Shown one piece after another: positions 18,998 to 28,697 of a stretch of DNA of 64,000 nt. Below the pieces are notes generated by a model, which saw only the letters and a program-made list of their open reading frames with translations, searched no databases and was not told where the DNA came from. Each line of letters begins with the position of its first letter. The first letter of the stretch is position 1. The translations under genes were made by a program, and so were the position numbers. Source of the DNA: Candidatus Multivoradales bacterium (GTDB taxonomy: Bacteria; Acidobacteriota; Thermoanaerobaculia; Multivoradales; Multivoraceae); contig CBDCWI010000002.1 of NCBI GenBank assembly GCA_965223325.1, forward strand, positions 2,560,001 to 2,624,000, read 5' to 3'.

Positions 18998-20149
18998 ATG
19001 GACCCGCAAGCACTGACCGCTCTGCGCCAGCGGTTTCCCATCCTGGCGAGTACCACCTACATGATCTCCAACTCGTTGGGGGCCATGCCGGCGGCAGTCG
19101 AAGACGAGCTGCAACGCTACGCCGAAGCATGGAAGACACGTGGTGTTCGCGCGTGGCACGAAGGGTGGTGGGAGGCACCCGTTGATGTCGGTGACCTGAT
19201 CGCACCGTTTCTCGGCGTTCCGACGGGCAGCGTCGCAATGCATCCGAACGTGTCGCTCGCTACCGCGGTCTTCTGTTCGTGTCTCGACTATCCAGGCGAG
19301 CGCAACCGCATCGTCTACAGCGAGCTCAACTTTCCGAGCCTCTGCTATGTCCTTGAAGGCGAGAAGAAGAAGGGGGCCGAAGTCCGGGTTGTGCCATCAC
19401 GCGACGGCCTTTCGATTGAGACCGAAGACCTGCTTTCTGCTATCGACGAGCGCACCCGCCTGGTGCCGATCTCGCACGTGCTCTTTAAAAGCGCCTTCAT
19501 CCAGGACGCCGAGCAGATCGCCCGTCGTTGTCGAGAGGTCGGAGCCCTTCTGCTACTCGACGTCTACCAGTCGGCCGGAGTGATGCCACTCGAACTCGAA
19601 CGTTGGGGCGTCGATGCGGCAGTGGGAGGATGCTTGAAGTGGCTCTGCGGCGGACCCGGGAACTGCTTCCTGTACGTTCGCGAGGGGCTCGACTCCGAGC
19701 TCACACCGACAACCACCGGTTGGCAGTCCGACCAACACCCTTTCGAGTTCAACGCCAAGCACGAACGAGTCAGCGAAGGGGCCTGGCGCTTCCTGACCGG
19801 CACACCCAACGTGCCCGGGCTCCACGCCGCACGTCCTGGACTCGAGATTCTCGGCGCGCTCGATATCGGGGAGATAAGGCAGCGCTCGCTGGCCCTCACG
19901 GACCGCCTGATCGAAGTGGCCGATGAAGAGGGGCTCGAGGTCTGCTCGCCACGGGACGCTGGATCGCGTGGAGGAACGGTCACCCTGGGACACCCCGAAG
20001 CAGAACGCGTCGCTGCCGAGCTCAACGCGGCCGACATCGTGTGCGACTGGCGGCCGGGAGCCGGGGTTCGCCTCTCGCCACACGTCTACAACACCCTCGA
20101 AGAATGTGAACGCGCCGTGCGCGAGATGAAGAGCCACGCCGCTGCCTAG
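18998..20149 (+). CDS. kynU: kynureninase-like PLP enzyme (aminotransferase class V)
   Basis: YMISNSLGAMP, LDVYQSAG, GGCLKWLCGGPG, GTPNVP motifs; ATG at 18998. Confidence 0.75.
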   Translation: MDPQALTALRQRFPILASTTYMISNSLGAMPAAVEDELQRYAEAWKTRGVRAWHEGWWEAPVDVGDLIAPFLGVPTGSVAMHPNVSLATAVFCSCLDYPGERNRIVYSELNFPSLCYVLEGEKKKGAEVRVVPSRDGLSIETEDLLSAIDERTRLVPISHVLFKSAFIQDAEQIARRCREVGALLLLDVYQSAGVMPLELERWGVDAAVGGCLKWLCGGPGNCFLYVREGLDSELTPTTTGWQSDQHPFEFNAKHERVSEGAWRFLTGTPNVPGLHAARPGLEILGALDIGEIRQRSLALTDRLIEVADEEGLEVCSPRDAGSRGGTVTLGHPEAERVAAELNAADIVCDWRPGAGVRLSPHVYNTLEECERAVREMKSHAAA

Positions 20150-21048
20150 GGCAGGTCGAGGCGCTTGCGCTTTTCCCACAGCGCCTTGCGACTGATGCCA
20201 AGGATCTCCGCTGCCTTCCCTTGATGGCCACGCGTGTACTCGAGGGCTCTGAGGATCCCCTCACGCTCGAGCTCAATCAGCGAGGGGGGCTTCGAGCCCC
20301 GATGGTCACGAGGCATCTCGGGGTTGACCACCTGACCGGGATCAAGCACCACTCGACGTTCGAGAACATTGCGCAGCTGACGCACGTTGCCGGGCCAGGA
20401 GTAGTCGAGCATCCACGACCGCGCCTCGTCGGCGAGGCGTAGCTGCCCCAAGCCGTGGCGAATCGCAAGTTCTGACAGCAGCGCCTCAATCAACGGCTCG
20501 AGATCTTCGCGGCGCTCGCGCAGCGCCGGCAACCGGAAGGCGAGGACTTCCAGCCGGTAGTAGAGGTCTTCTCTGAACAGGCCCTGGCTGACACGTTGCG
20601 GCAGCTCGTGCGACGCCACGGCGATGACCCGTACGTCGGCTGTCCGTTCGCGGCCCCCCAACGGGGCGTAGCGGCTCTCGGCAAGCAAGCGAAGCAGCTT
20701 GGGCTGCGCATCGAGCGGCAGCTCTTCGACCGGATCGAGGAGTAGTGAACCTCCTTCGGCCCGCCCCAGGCGCCCTTCGCTCGCGCCCCGTGCGCCGGTG
20801 AAAGCGCCAGCGCGGTATCCAAAGAGCTCGCTCTCGAAGAGAGTCGAAGGGATCACGCCAGGGTCGAACTCGACCAACGCACCGCGGCGTTCACTGACTT
20901 CGTGAACAGCACGCGCCAAGCTGGAGCGGCCGGTCCCCGGCTCTCCGACGATCAGAACGACTGAGGCGCTGCGGGCCGCTCGATGGAGCGGGTCGCGCAA
21001 CCCGGCAAGCGATGGTGTTGCGTCGAGCAGTTGATCGATACGACTCAC
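20146..21048 (-). CDS. sigma-54 enhancer-binding protein without N-terminal sensor domain, degenerate ATPase motifs
   Basis: ESELFG..GAFTGA, FREDLYYRL, WPGNVRQL and a Fis-type HTH. Walker A reads GEPGTGRS, Walker B reads LLLDP. Confidence 0.85.
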   Translation of the reverse strand: MSRIDQLLDATPSLAGLRDPLHRAARSASVVLIVGEPGTGRSSLARAVHEVSERRGALVEFDPGVIPSTLFESELFGYRAGAFTGARGASEGRLGRAEGGSLLLDPVEELPLDAQPKLLRLLAESRYAPLGGRERTADVRVIAVASHELPQRVSQGLFREDLYYRLEVLAFRLPALRERREDLEPLIEALLSELAIRHGLGQLRLADEARSWMLDYSWPGNVRQLRNVLERRVVLDPGQVVNPEMPRDHRGSKPPSLIELEREGILRALEYTRGHQGKAAEILGISRKALWEKRKRLDLP

Positions 21049-21082
21049 GACGACCGGTTCCTGATCCTCAGGCGGCGGCCCC

Positions 21083-21517
21083 TCAACCGTCGTTCTGGGG
21101 CAACGTCGTAAACGTCAGGGTGACGTCGGGCGCGTCCGACCACAGCTTCTCGAGACGATAGAAATCGCGGCGTTCATCATCGAAGACGTGGACGACAAAG
21201 TCTCCGAAGTCCAGCAGCACCCAATGACCTTCGGTAAGGCCCTCGACGTGTGTGGCCCGCGTTCCTTGATCGCGCAGGGCGCGCTCGATGCCTTCAGCGA
21301 TGGCGCTCACCTGGCGTGCGTTCGACCCGCTCATGACCAGGAAGAAGTCGGTGAAGTCACTGACTTCGGCCACCTTCAGCACCACCAGATCGATCGCCTT
21401 CTTCTCTTCGGCCGCCGCCACTGCGTGACCGACCGCAACTGCCGCTCTAGCGACTCTCTCCTCAGCAGACACGCGGGTGTGGGCAGTGGAGAGGGTCGGC
21501 TTCTGTGTGGCGGGCAT
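21083..21517 (-). CDS. rsfS: ribosome silencing factor
   Basis: EKKAIDLVVL, DFFLVMSG, WVLLDFGDFVVHVF..RDFYRLEKLW. Confidence 0.95.
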   Translation of the reverse strand: MPATQKPTLSTAHTRVSAEERVARAAVAVGHAVAAAEEKKAIDLVVLKVAEVSDFTDFFLVMSGSNARQVSAIAEGIERALRDQGTRATHVEGLTEGHWVLLDFGDFVVHVFDDERRDFYRLEKLWSDAPDVTLTFTTLPQNDG

Positions 21518-21566
21518 ATGAAGTGGGGCGTTTCCAGGCGCTGCCGTTCTGCCGGGGCAGGGAGAC

Positions 21567-22217
21567 CTACGGGGCTCCGCGGTACAGGCCGTACTTGTTG
21601 CAAAAGTCTAACACTGGGGCCGGTACACCATCGGGACGCTCACCCGCGGCGAGACTGGCACGGATGGCGGTCGACGAAACGATGACCTCATTGTTCTGGA
21701 CCCAGATCGTGCGATCGGACGGGGCGTCTCGGAGAGCAGCGGGTAGGTCTTCGCGCAGAGTTTCACTCCCGTCCCGGGCCAGGACGACAATGCGCGCGAG
21801 TTCCTGAATGTCCCACCAACGCTTCCAGGAGTCGAGCTCGTTGTACGAGTCAGCGCCCACCAGCAGGTAGAGATCTGCATCCGGGTAGAGCGCGCCGAAA
21901 TGCTCGAGCGTCTCGACCGTGTAGGCAGGTTTGCCGAGAGTGAGCTCGCGCGCCGACACCTCAAAGGACAAGTCGTCGAGCAGCGCCATTTCGACCATCG
22001 CGTAGCGTCGCCATGCCGAGGCGTGACGCGGGCCTTCTTTGTGAGGCGGTCGCGCGGTCGGAAGAAAGAGGACTCGATCGAGTCCCACGTCTGCCGCGGC
22101 TCTCCTGACCGGCTCGATGTGGCCGTTGTGGATGGGATCGAAACTGCCGCCGAACAAACCGAGCTTGTAACGATCAACCGGGGGCGCCTGTTTCGGTTGA
22201 GGATCACGATCACTCAC
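21567..22217 (-). CDS. nadD: nicotinate-nucleotide adenylyltransferase
   Basis: GLFGGSFDPIHNGH, PPHK, GADS, VSSTAIR. Confidence 0.95.
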   Translation of the reverse strand: MSDRDPQPKQAPPVDRYKLGLFGGSFDPIHNGHIEPVRRAAADVGLDRVLFLPTARPPHKEGPRHASAWRRYAMVEMALLDDLSFEVSARELTLGKPAYTVETLEHFGALYPDADLYLLVGADSYNELDSWKRWWDIQELARIVVLARDGSETLREDLPAALRDAPSDRTIWVQNNEVIVSSTAIRASLAAGERPDGVPAPVLDFCNKYGLYRGAP

Positions 22218-22221
22218 GACA

Positions 22222-23427
22222 TCACTCCTCCTCTTCGGTCACAAAACGCACGGCGCGCTCTTCTTCTGCCTCGCGCTCGGACTGGCGCAGCTCGTCGAGC
22301 AAATGGACCACCTGGTCAACCAGCGGTCGTAAGCCGCGTCCGGTCACCGAACTCAGTTCCCGATAGGGCAAACCGCGTTCCTCCGTCGCCTTGCGCAACG
22401 CCTCCTGGCGCTCGCCGTCGACAGCGTCGATCTTGCTACCAACCACGATACGCGGACGTTCGAGCAGGTCGGGAGCAAATGCCGCCAACTCCTCTTCGAT
22501 CACCGCGAGCTCGTCGTTCGCAGGCTGCTCGCCCCACGATAGATCCACCAGATGAAGAAGGACTCGGCAGCGTTCGACATGGCGCAAGAAACGGTGTCCG
22601 AGACCGGCCCCTGCCGCTGCGCCGGCGATCAACCCTGGAAGATCGGCGATCACAAACGGGTCGGCGCCCGATGCTGGGGCCACCACACCGAGCTGCGGCA
22701 CGAGGGTCGTAAAGGGGTAGTCGGCGACTTTCGGTCTGGCCGCGGTGAGCACGCTGATCAGCGTCGACTTGCCGGCGTTCGGCAGACCAACGACCCCGAC
22801 GTCGGCCAGTAGCTTGAGCTCGAGGAGCAGCTGGCGCGCTTCACCTTCCTGACCATCTTGGGCGAAACGCGGGGTTTGACGGGTAGCGGTCGAGAAGTGC
22901 GCGTTGCCTTTGCCGCCTTTTCCACCTTGCGCCACGAGCAGACGTTGACCATCCTCGATGACTTCACCGAGCGAGCGCCGGACTGGCTCGGGATCTACAT
23001 CCTCCGGCGAGCCATCGCCTGCTTGCAGAAAGGGGTTGCTGGCGAGGGCCTCCTGGTGAGCGAGCTGTTGTTCACTCGGTTCTTCAGCCAGGTCCTCCGC
23101 GTCGGGCTCGGCTTCCGTCTCCGGGCTCACCTCTTCGAAAACGACGGTACCTAGTGGCACAGCGATCTCGAGGTCCTCACCCGAGCGCCCAGTTCGGTTC
23201 GAACCTTCCCCATGACGACCACGCTCCGCACGCCAGGTCTTTGGCATGCGCAGGTGGTAGAGCGTGTTGAGATTGCGATCGCCAACCAGCCATACCGAGC
23301 CGCCACGCCCACCGTCGCCGCCCGCAGGCCCGCCACGCGGCACGAATTTCTCGCGCCTGAAGGCAACGACGCCGTTGCCGCCGTTACCCGCCTCGACCGT
23401 AAACCGACATTCGTCGATGAAATTCAT
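22222..23427 (-). CDS. obgE: GTPase ObgE/CgtA
   Basis: FIDE..AGNGGNG..FRREKFVPRGGP, GLPNAGKST, DYPFTTL, DLPG. Confidence 0.97.
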   Translation of the reverse strand: MNFIDECRFTVEAGNGGNGVVAFRREKFVPRGGPAGGDGGRGGSVWLVGDRNLNTLYHLRMPKTWRAERGRHGEGSNRTGRSGEDLEIAVPLGTVVFEEVSPETEAEPDAEDLAEEPSEQQLAHQEALASNPFLQAGDGSPEDVDPEPVRRSLGEVIEDGQRLLVAQGGKGGKGNAHFSTATRQTPRFAQDGQEGEARQLLLELKLLADVGVVGLPNAGKSTLISVLTAARPKVADYPFTTLVPQLGVVAPASGADPFVIADLPGLIAGAAAGAGLGHRFLRHVERCRVLLHLVDLSWGEQPANDELAVIEEELAAFAPDLLERPRIVVGSKIDAVDGERQEALRKATEERGLPYRELSSVTGRGLRPLVDQVVHLLDELRQSEREAEEERAVRFVTEEEE

Positions 23428-23461
23428 CGAACCTCGGGCCCTTTACGGTCACCCCGCGCGC

Positions 23462-23719
23462 CTACTCGGAAGCGTCGATGTGCACCCAGGTTCCGCGACG
23501 ACCGCGATTCTGAAAGCGCACCACACCATTCGCGGTTGCGAAAAGCGTGTCGTCGCCACCGCGACGAACGTTGGTACCGGGGAAGAACTTCGTTCCCCGC
23601 TGGCGCACGATGATCGTGCCGCCGGTAACCGTTTGACCGCCGTAGCGCTTGACACCGAGATGGCTGGGGTTGGAATCGCGACCGTTGCGACTGGAACCCT
23701 GTCCCTTTTTGTGAGCCAT
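23462..23719 (-). CDS. rpmA: 50S ribosomal protein L27
   Basis: [16 protein letters not shown]...RQRGTKF. Confidence 0.98.
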   Translation of the reverse strand: MAHKKGQGSSRNGRDSNPSHLGVKRYGGQTVTGGTIIVRQRGTKFFPGTNVRRGGDDTLFATANGVVRFQNRGRRGTWVHIDASE

Positions 23720-23740
23720 TTCTCAAACTCCAGAAGTTGA

Positions 23741-24049
23741 TTAGCCGGCGATGCTGTCGATCTTGACGCGCAGCATGTTCTGGCGGTGGCCGGCAAGGCG
23801 CTCGTAACGCTTGCGACGCTTCTTCTTGTAGACCAGGACCTTGGGAGCCCGAACGGCACCGACGACCGAAGCCTTGACCGAGGCACCTTCGAGGGTCGGG
23901 GTTCCGATCTGAGGCTCACCTGAGCCGCCGACCATGAGGACATTCTCGAACGAGATCGAGTCGCCATCGTGCTCGAGGAGTTCGATGTCGAGAACATCAC
24001 CTTCCTGAACGCGATACTGCTTTCCCCCGGTTTCGATGATGGCGTACAT
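23741..24049 (-). CDS. rplU: 50S ribosomal protein L21
   Basis: MYAIIETGGKQYRV...GHRQ; ATG at 24049. Confidence 0.97.
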   Translation of the reverse strand: MYAIIETGGKQYRVQEGDVLDIELLEHDGDSISFENVLMVGGSGEPQIGTPTLEGASVKASVVGAVRAPKVLVYKKKRRKRYERLAGHRQNMLRVKIDSIAG

Positions 24050-24232
24050 AGCTTTTTCTCTCCGTAGGTTGCCTCTGGCCTCAGACCGCAACAGGCGGCG
24101 AGGGCGTGAGCCGATTGGCCATCGGCTGGAGACAGGACCGCAGGCTGAACTCACGAACTAGTGGAGTCGAAGCACGGAACCTGAGAGGCAGAACGCGGAG
24201 CTTAACGCCCGGCGCACGAGCGGTCAATGGGA

Positions 24233-24409
24233 CTAGTGGCCAGAATCGGCCGACTGCATACCCTCGAACTCTTCAGAGGTGGCGAAGAGCTCGGGTTCTT
24301 CCTCGCCGCAGACCTCGCACATGATCTCGGTCACCACGCCTTCTTTGTACTCGAAGACGTAACAGGGACTCTCACATTCGAGGCAAATGAGGTACTCAGG
24401 GCGCGCCAT
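24233..24409 (-). CDS. small acidic CxxC...CxxC (Zn-ribbon-like) protein, 58 aa, not in ORF track
   Basis: Hand translation: MARPEYLICLECESPCYVFEYKEGVVTEIMCEVCGEEEPELFATSEEFEGMQSADSGH*. Fills the gap and is co-oriented with both neighbours. Confidence 0.75.
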   Translation of the reverse strand: MARPEYLICLECESPCYVFEYKEGVVTEIMCEVCGEEEPELFATSEEFEGMQSADSGH

Positions 24410-24504
24410 AGCGAAGGCTCCAGTCTCGGAAACAAAGACACGGGGACCCCGCGCTTTCGCCCAAGATTAACAGGTATTGCGCCGAAATCTAGTATCCAGC
24501 CTGG

Positions 24505-25932
24505 CTATTGCCCGCCTCCACTGCCGCCGTCGCGTACGCCGAGGATCGCCGGCCGCAGGAACCGCCCGGTCTCCTCCAACACCCCGCGGCGTGACACGGG
24601 CTGCGCGGCGGGAAGGTGCACCTGGACCGTCGTGCCCTCACCGACCACCGACTGAACCGAGATCTCACCGTCGTGCGCCCGCACGATGCGGTCGACGATC
24701 GCCAGGCCGAGCCCGGTGCCGCCCTTGCGCTTCGAGTAGAAGAGCTCGAACATCTTCTCGAGATCCTCGGCCTCGATCCCGCAGCCGTTGTCCTCGACCG
24801 ACAGAATCACCCGCTCGTCGACCCGGCGGACGCGAAACTTGAGCTTGGGGTTCTTGCGCAGTCGACAGGCCTCGAGTGCATTGTCGGCGAGGTTGAGGAT
24901 CAGCTGATGCAGCTGCGGCGGATCGACCCGGACGCTGCCCGCCCCCGGCCCCAGCGCCGCCGTTTCGTCTTCGATCTCGAGTGCGATGCCCGCTGCCAGC
25001 ACCCTCCCCCGAAGGACTTCGGCGACGTGCTCGAAGAGCGCCCCGGCTTCGACTTCCTCGAGATCGAGATCTGCCGGACGGGCATAGGAGAGAAAGTCGG
25101 TCACCAGGCGCTCGAGCCGAGCGATCTCCGAGCGCGTGATCGAGGTCAACCGGCGACCCGACGAAGTTCCGCCCTGTTGGTCGAACTCCTCTTCGAGCAT
25201 TTGCATGTTGAGGTTCAGAGAGTTGAGCGGGCTGCGAATCTCGTGCGCGAGCCCCGAAGCAAGCGTGCCGACGTAGGCCAGGCGCCCGGCTTCCTCGGCC
25301 TTCTCCTCGAGCTTCTGGTTGCGCTTGAACAACACCAGAAGGAGAAGGTAGGCACCGGCAAACAAACCAATCGTCAGCACGCCAATGATGCTCGCCTGGC
25401 GGAGGAGTTCGGCGCGCAGGGTCTCGAGTCGCAGCTCGAGCTCCTGCCCGCTGATTCCAATGACAAACGTCCCCATACGGCCGACCGGCACCTCGACCCG
25501 CTCATAGGGCGTCTGACGCTGCACGTTGTGAACGACGACCGACGCATCTGAAGGCGCTTCGACCTCCTCCGGACCACGCGTATCGATTTTGCGGTTCTGA
25601 AAGATGACCGCGCCGTTGCTGTCACGGATCTCGACCTCCTCGACAATGCGCCGCTGGCTCAGGATCGAGTCGATATAGGTCTGCGTTTCGGTCTCGGTTG
25701 CCACCGCGGTATAGAGATCGAGACCACGCTCCTCGGCGCCGGTCGCGATCTGCTGAGCCAATTCTTCGGCTTCGGAACGCGCCTCGAGAATCACGCGGTT
25801 GACCTCGCGCTCAGAGAGAGACCGAAAGATCAGCCAACCGAACAATGCCAAGTCACAGAGTACGAAGAGCCCGAAGACAGCTGTCCATACCAGCAGGCGA
25901 CGCGACATCAGAGGGTGTAAGGCGGACTTCAT
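24505..25932 (-). CDS. membrane sensor histidine kinase (orphan)
   Basis: Two TMs, H-box LAHEIRSPL, N box LNLADNA, DNGCG, GTGLGL. Start uncertain (25908-25983). Confidence 0.9.
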   Translation of the reverse strand: MKSALHPLMSRRLLVWTAVFGLFVLCDLALFGWLIFRSLSEREVNRVILEARSEAEELAQQIATGAEERGLDLYTAVATETETQTYIDSILSQRRIVEEVEIRDSNGAVIFQNRKIDTRGPEEVEAPSDASVVVHNVQRQTPYERVEVPVGRMGTFVIGISGQELELRLETLRAELLRQASIIGVLTIGLFAGAYLLLLVLFKRNQKLEEKAEEAGRLAYVGTLASGLAHEIRSPLNSLNLNMQMLEEEFDQQGGTSSGRRLTSITRSEIARLERLVTDFLSYARPADLDLEEVEAGALFEHVAEVLRGRVLAAGIALEIEDETAALGPGAGSVRVDPPQLHQLILNLADNALEACRLRKNPKLKFRVRRVDERVILSVEDNGCGIEAEDLEKMFELFYSKRKGGTGLGLAIVDRIVRAHDGEISVQSVVGEGTTVQVHLPAAQPVSRRGVLEETGRFLRPAILGVRDGGSGGGQ

Positions 25933-26012
25933 CGGTTCGAGGGCTCGGATCATCTCCGGGACGGGAAACCATAAGAGTATCAATGGGTTGATAGCATTCG
26001 CGGCGTTCCACC

Positions 26013-27707
26013 ATGCGCCATTCGAACCCCTCTACGCGCCGAAGGCGCACCCGCCCTCGGCTGACCGCCGCAGCCGTTCGAAGGGGCTGCCCGCCGGGAG
26101 CCGCCACGCTCCTGCTCGCGGTCATCGCGGTGTTGGCGATCGGGTGTCGGAGCCGAGATGACAAGGCGACCGAGGGCAGTGCCAACTCCGGGAGAGTGCC
26201 CGGAGCCGCGGTAGTGGGCACGGTCTTCGACGTGCCAACGGTCAACGAACTGATCGACCCGGGTAGCGGTCTCAGCGGCGCCGTCATCGACCTGCTCTTC
26301 GCCTCCCTGGTCACCGACCAACCCGATCTCGCCGGCGGACCCGGCGAATTCGTACCCGATCTAGCCGCCTCCTGGTCCTACAGCGAAGACCGCACCGCGA
26401 TCACCTTCGAGCTGCGCGAGGCACAGTGGAGCGATGGCACGCCCATCAGCGCGCAAGATGTGCTGTTCACCTGGCAAGCACAGACCAGCCCCGAGGTCGG
26501 GTGGCCCTTCGCCGATATCAAGAGCAACATCAAGGACGTCGAAGTCCTAGCGCCCGCGAGTGTCCGCTTCCATCTCCATCGACAGGCCGCGCACAGCGAT
26601 CTGGCACTCATCAACGACGGCGTGATCCTGCCATCGCACGCCTGGGGTGCGTTGCCATTCTCAGAATGGCGTACCGGTGGCGCCTGGTTCGAAGAACACC
26701 TGGTCACCTCCGGACCCATGACCATGCAAGCGCGCCGCGCGGGCGAAACCATCGAACTGAAACGCAACCCCAGCTACTGGAACAACGACAGCACCACCCT
26801 CGAACGGGCTGTGTTTCGTATTGTCCCCGACCGAGCCGCCCTGGTGGAACAGTTGCTCTCGGGCAGCGTCGATGTGATGCGCCATCCTCCAACCAGCGAC
26901 CTCGAAAGGCTCGAGCAGTCGCCCGAGGTAGACCTCCTCACCTACCCGAATCGCAACTTCGACTTCGTGATGTGGAATGTGAAGCGCCCACCCTTCACCA
27001 GTGGGAGACTACGCCTGGCGATGCAGCTCGCCGTCGACCGGGAGGCGATGGTCGAGACGTTGATCGCCGGCCGCGGGCAGGTCGCCTCGTCTCCGTTCGT
27101 GACCTGGGCGTGGCCCAAGGCGCCCGTGCCACCGCGCGTCTTCGACCCTGATGCAGCCGAGATGCTGCTCGAGCGAGGGGGTTGGCAAGACAACGGCGAT
27201 GGACCACGCACGAAGGGGGGCGAACCGCTACGCTTCGAGTTGCTCACGATCGCCGGTAACTCACGGCGCGCGCGAGCTGCCCAGATGCTTCAGGCCCAGC
27301 TCGCCGAGGTGGGGGTCGAGGTGGTCATCGACAGCGTCGACGTCAGCCGCTTCACTCAGAAGACCACGAGCCACGACTTCGATGCCGCTCTCTTCGGCCT
27401 GTCGATGGATACGTCGTTCGACCTCTCCTACAGCTTTCACAGCGACGCCATCGATGGCGGCCTCAACTACGGGGGTTACGCCAGCGAGGATCTCGACCGC
27501 TTGATCGAACGTGTCAACGCCGCCCCAGACCTTGCCACGCTCGAACCTGATCTCCAGGCGATTCGCAAGCACTTTCGAGACCGCCAACCGCTCCTGTTTC
27601 TCTACGAGGCCGACGGCGTCGTGGCGGCGCGCAGGAACGTGCATAACGTACAGCCCAGCGCACTGGGTGAGTTCGTCAACCTGCCCCAGTGGCGCGTGAC
27701 CGACTGA
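26013..27707 (+). CDS. ABC transporter substrate-binding lipoprotein (peptide/nickel family 5)
   Basis: PDLAASW..SED, WSDGTPISAQDVLFT; lipobox LAIGC. Confidence 0.9.
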   Translation: MRHSNPSTRRRRTRPRLTAAAVRRGCPPGAATLLLAVIAVLAIGCRSRDDKATEGSANSGRVPGAAVVGTVFDVPTVNELIDPGSGLSGAVIDLLFASLVTDQPDLAGGPGEFVPDLAASWSYSEDRTAITFELREAQWSDGTPISAQDVLFTWQAQTSPEVGWPFADIKSNIKDVEVLAPASVRFHLHRQAAHSDLALINDGVILPSHAWGALPFSEWRTGGAWFEEHLVTSGPMTMQARRAGETIELKRNPSYWNNDSTTLERAVFRIVPDRAALVEQLLSGSVDVMRHPPTSDLERLEQSPEVDLLTYPNRNFDFVMWNVKRPPFTSGRLRLAMQLAVDREAMVETLIAGRGQVASSPFVTWAWPKAPVPPRVFDPDAAEMLLERGGWQDNGDGPRTKGGEPLRFELLTIAGNSRRARAAQMLQAQLAEVGVEVVIDSVDVSRFTQKTTSHDFDAALFGLSMDTSFDLSYSFHSDAIDGGLNYGGYASEDLDRLIERVNAAPDLATLEPDLQAIRKHFRDRQPLLFLYEADGVVAARRNVHNVQPSALGEFVNLPQWRVTD

Positions 27708-27725
27708 ATCAAGAGGAACAGCGAC

Positions 27726-28697
27726 GTGAGCGCTTTCTTGGTTCGCCGGCTGGCCGCCTCGGCGGTTCTTCTGGTGCTCGTGTTGTCGGCCACCTTCGCG
27801 CTGTTTGCACTCGTGCCCGGCGAAGCCACCGATCGCTGGAACGACCCGCGAATTCCAGCGGCAGAGCGAGAGCGGGCCGAGGCGCTCTGGGGGCTCGATC
27901 GACCGGCACACGAACAGTTCACCGGTTGGTGGCGGCGCCTTCTCGCTGGCGACCTCGGTTGGTCTCACTCAGAAGCGCGGCCGGTCAGCACCGTCATCCG
28001 CGAGCGCGCACCGCAGACTCTCCTCCTCGCCGTCGGCGCCGGCCTGGTTGCGGTCTTGTTGGGAACTCTGGTCGCGGTCCTCGGCGCATCGCGACCCGGC
28101 TCCACGATCGATCGGCTGCTCGGAGCGACCTCCATGCTGCTGTGGTCGACGCCGGGCTTCTGGTTCGCGCTACTCGTCGTTCTCCTCTTCTCTCACCGTC
28201 TGGACCTTTTCCCGCCCAGTGGCGTGACGTCTCTCGCACCACCGGCCGGCTCTCTCGGTGCACTGCTCGACCGCTTGCATCACCTGGCGCTTCCGGCGCT
28301 GGTCCTGGCGACCCCCATGGCAGTCGAGATCTCGCGCTTCCTTCGCAGCGCCCTCTTGCAACAAAAGAGGAGCGACTGGTGGCGCGCCGGGCGTGCGCGC
28401 GGACTCTCGACCCGACTGCTGTGGCGCCACGGTCTGCGGCAGGCGTACGCTCCGCTCCTTCACGTCGTTGCTCTTCGGGTCGGCCAGTGGACGGCCGGGG
28501 CAGTGATCGTTGAATCGATTTTTGCCTGGCCGGGGCTCGGCCGCGCGCTCCTCGCCGCCGCCAGCAGCCAGGACTGGGAGCTCGTCCTCGCGCTCACCGC
28601 CCTGACCGGTACTGCGGTCATCATTCTCGGGCTGCTCGCCGACATCGCCCAGGCGGCCCTCGATCCTCGCGTGCGCCTCGAAGAGGCGAAGCCATGA
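27726..28697 (+). CDS. ABC transporter permease (DppB/OppB-like)
   Basis: GLDRP, GDLGWS, HLALPALVL, ARGL, VESIFAWPGLG. Confidence 0.9.
   Translation: MSAFLVRRLAASAVLLVLVLSATFALFALVPGEATDRWNDPRIPAAERERAEALWGLDRPAHEQFTGWWRRLLAGDLGWSHSEARPVSTVIRERAPQTLLLAVGAGLVAVLLGTLVAVLGASRPGSTIDRLLGATSMLLWSTPGFWFALLVVLLFSHRLDLFPPSGVTSLAPPAGSLGALLDRLHHLALPALVLATPMAVEISRFLRSALLQQKRSDWWRAGRARGLSTRLLWRHGLRQAYAPLLHVVALRVGQWTAGAVIVESIFAWPGLGRALLAAASSQDWELVLALTALTGTAVIILGLLADIAQAALDPRVRLEEAKP

Noticed and set aside
24109-24127. Hairpin AGCCGAT-N5-ATCGGCT in the rplU leader as an L21-leader RNA
   Set aside because: A single 7-bp stem; no covariation evidence is available without an alignment.
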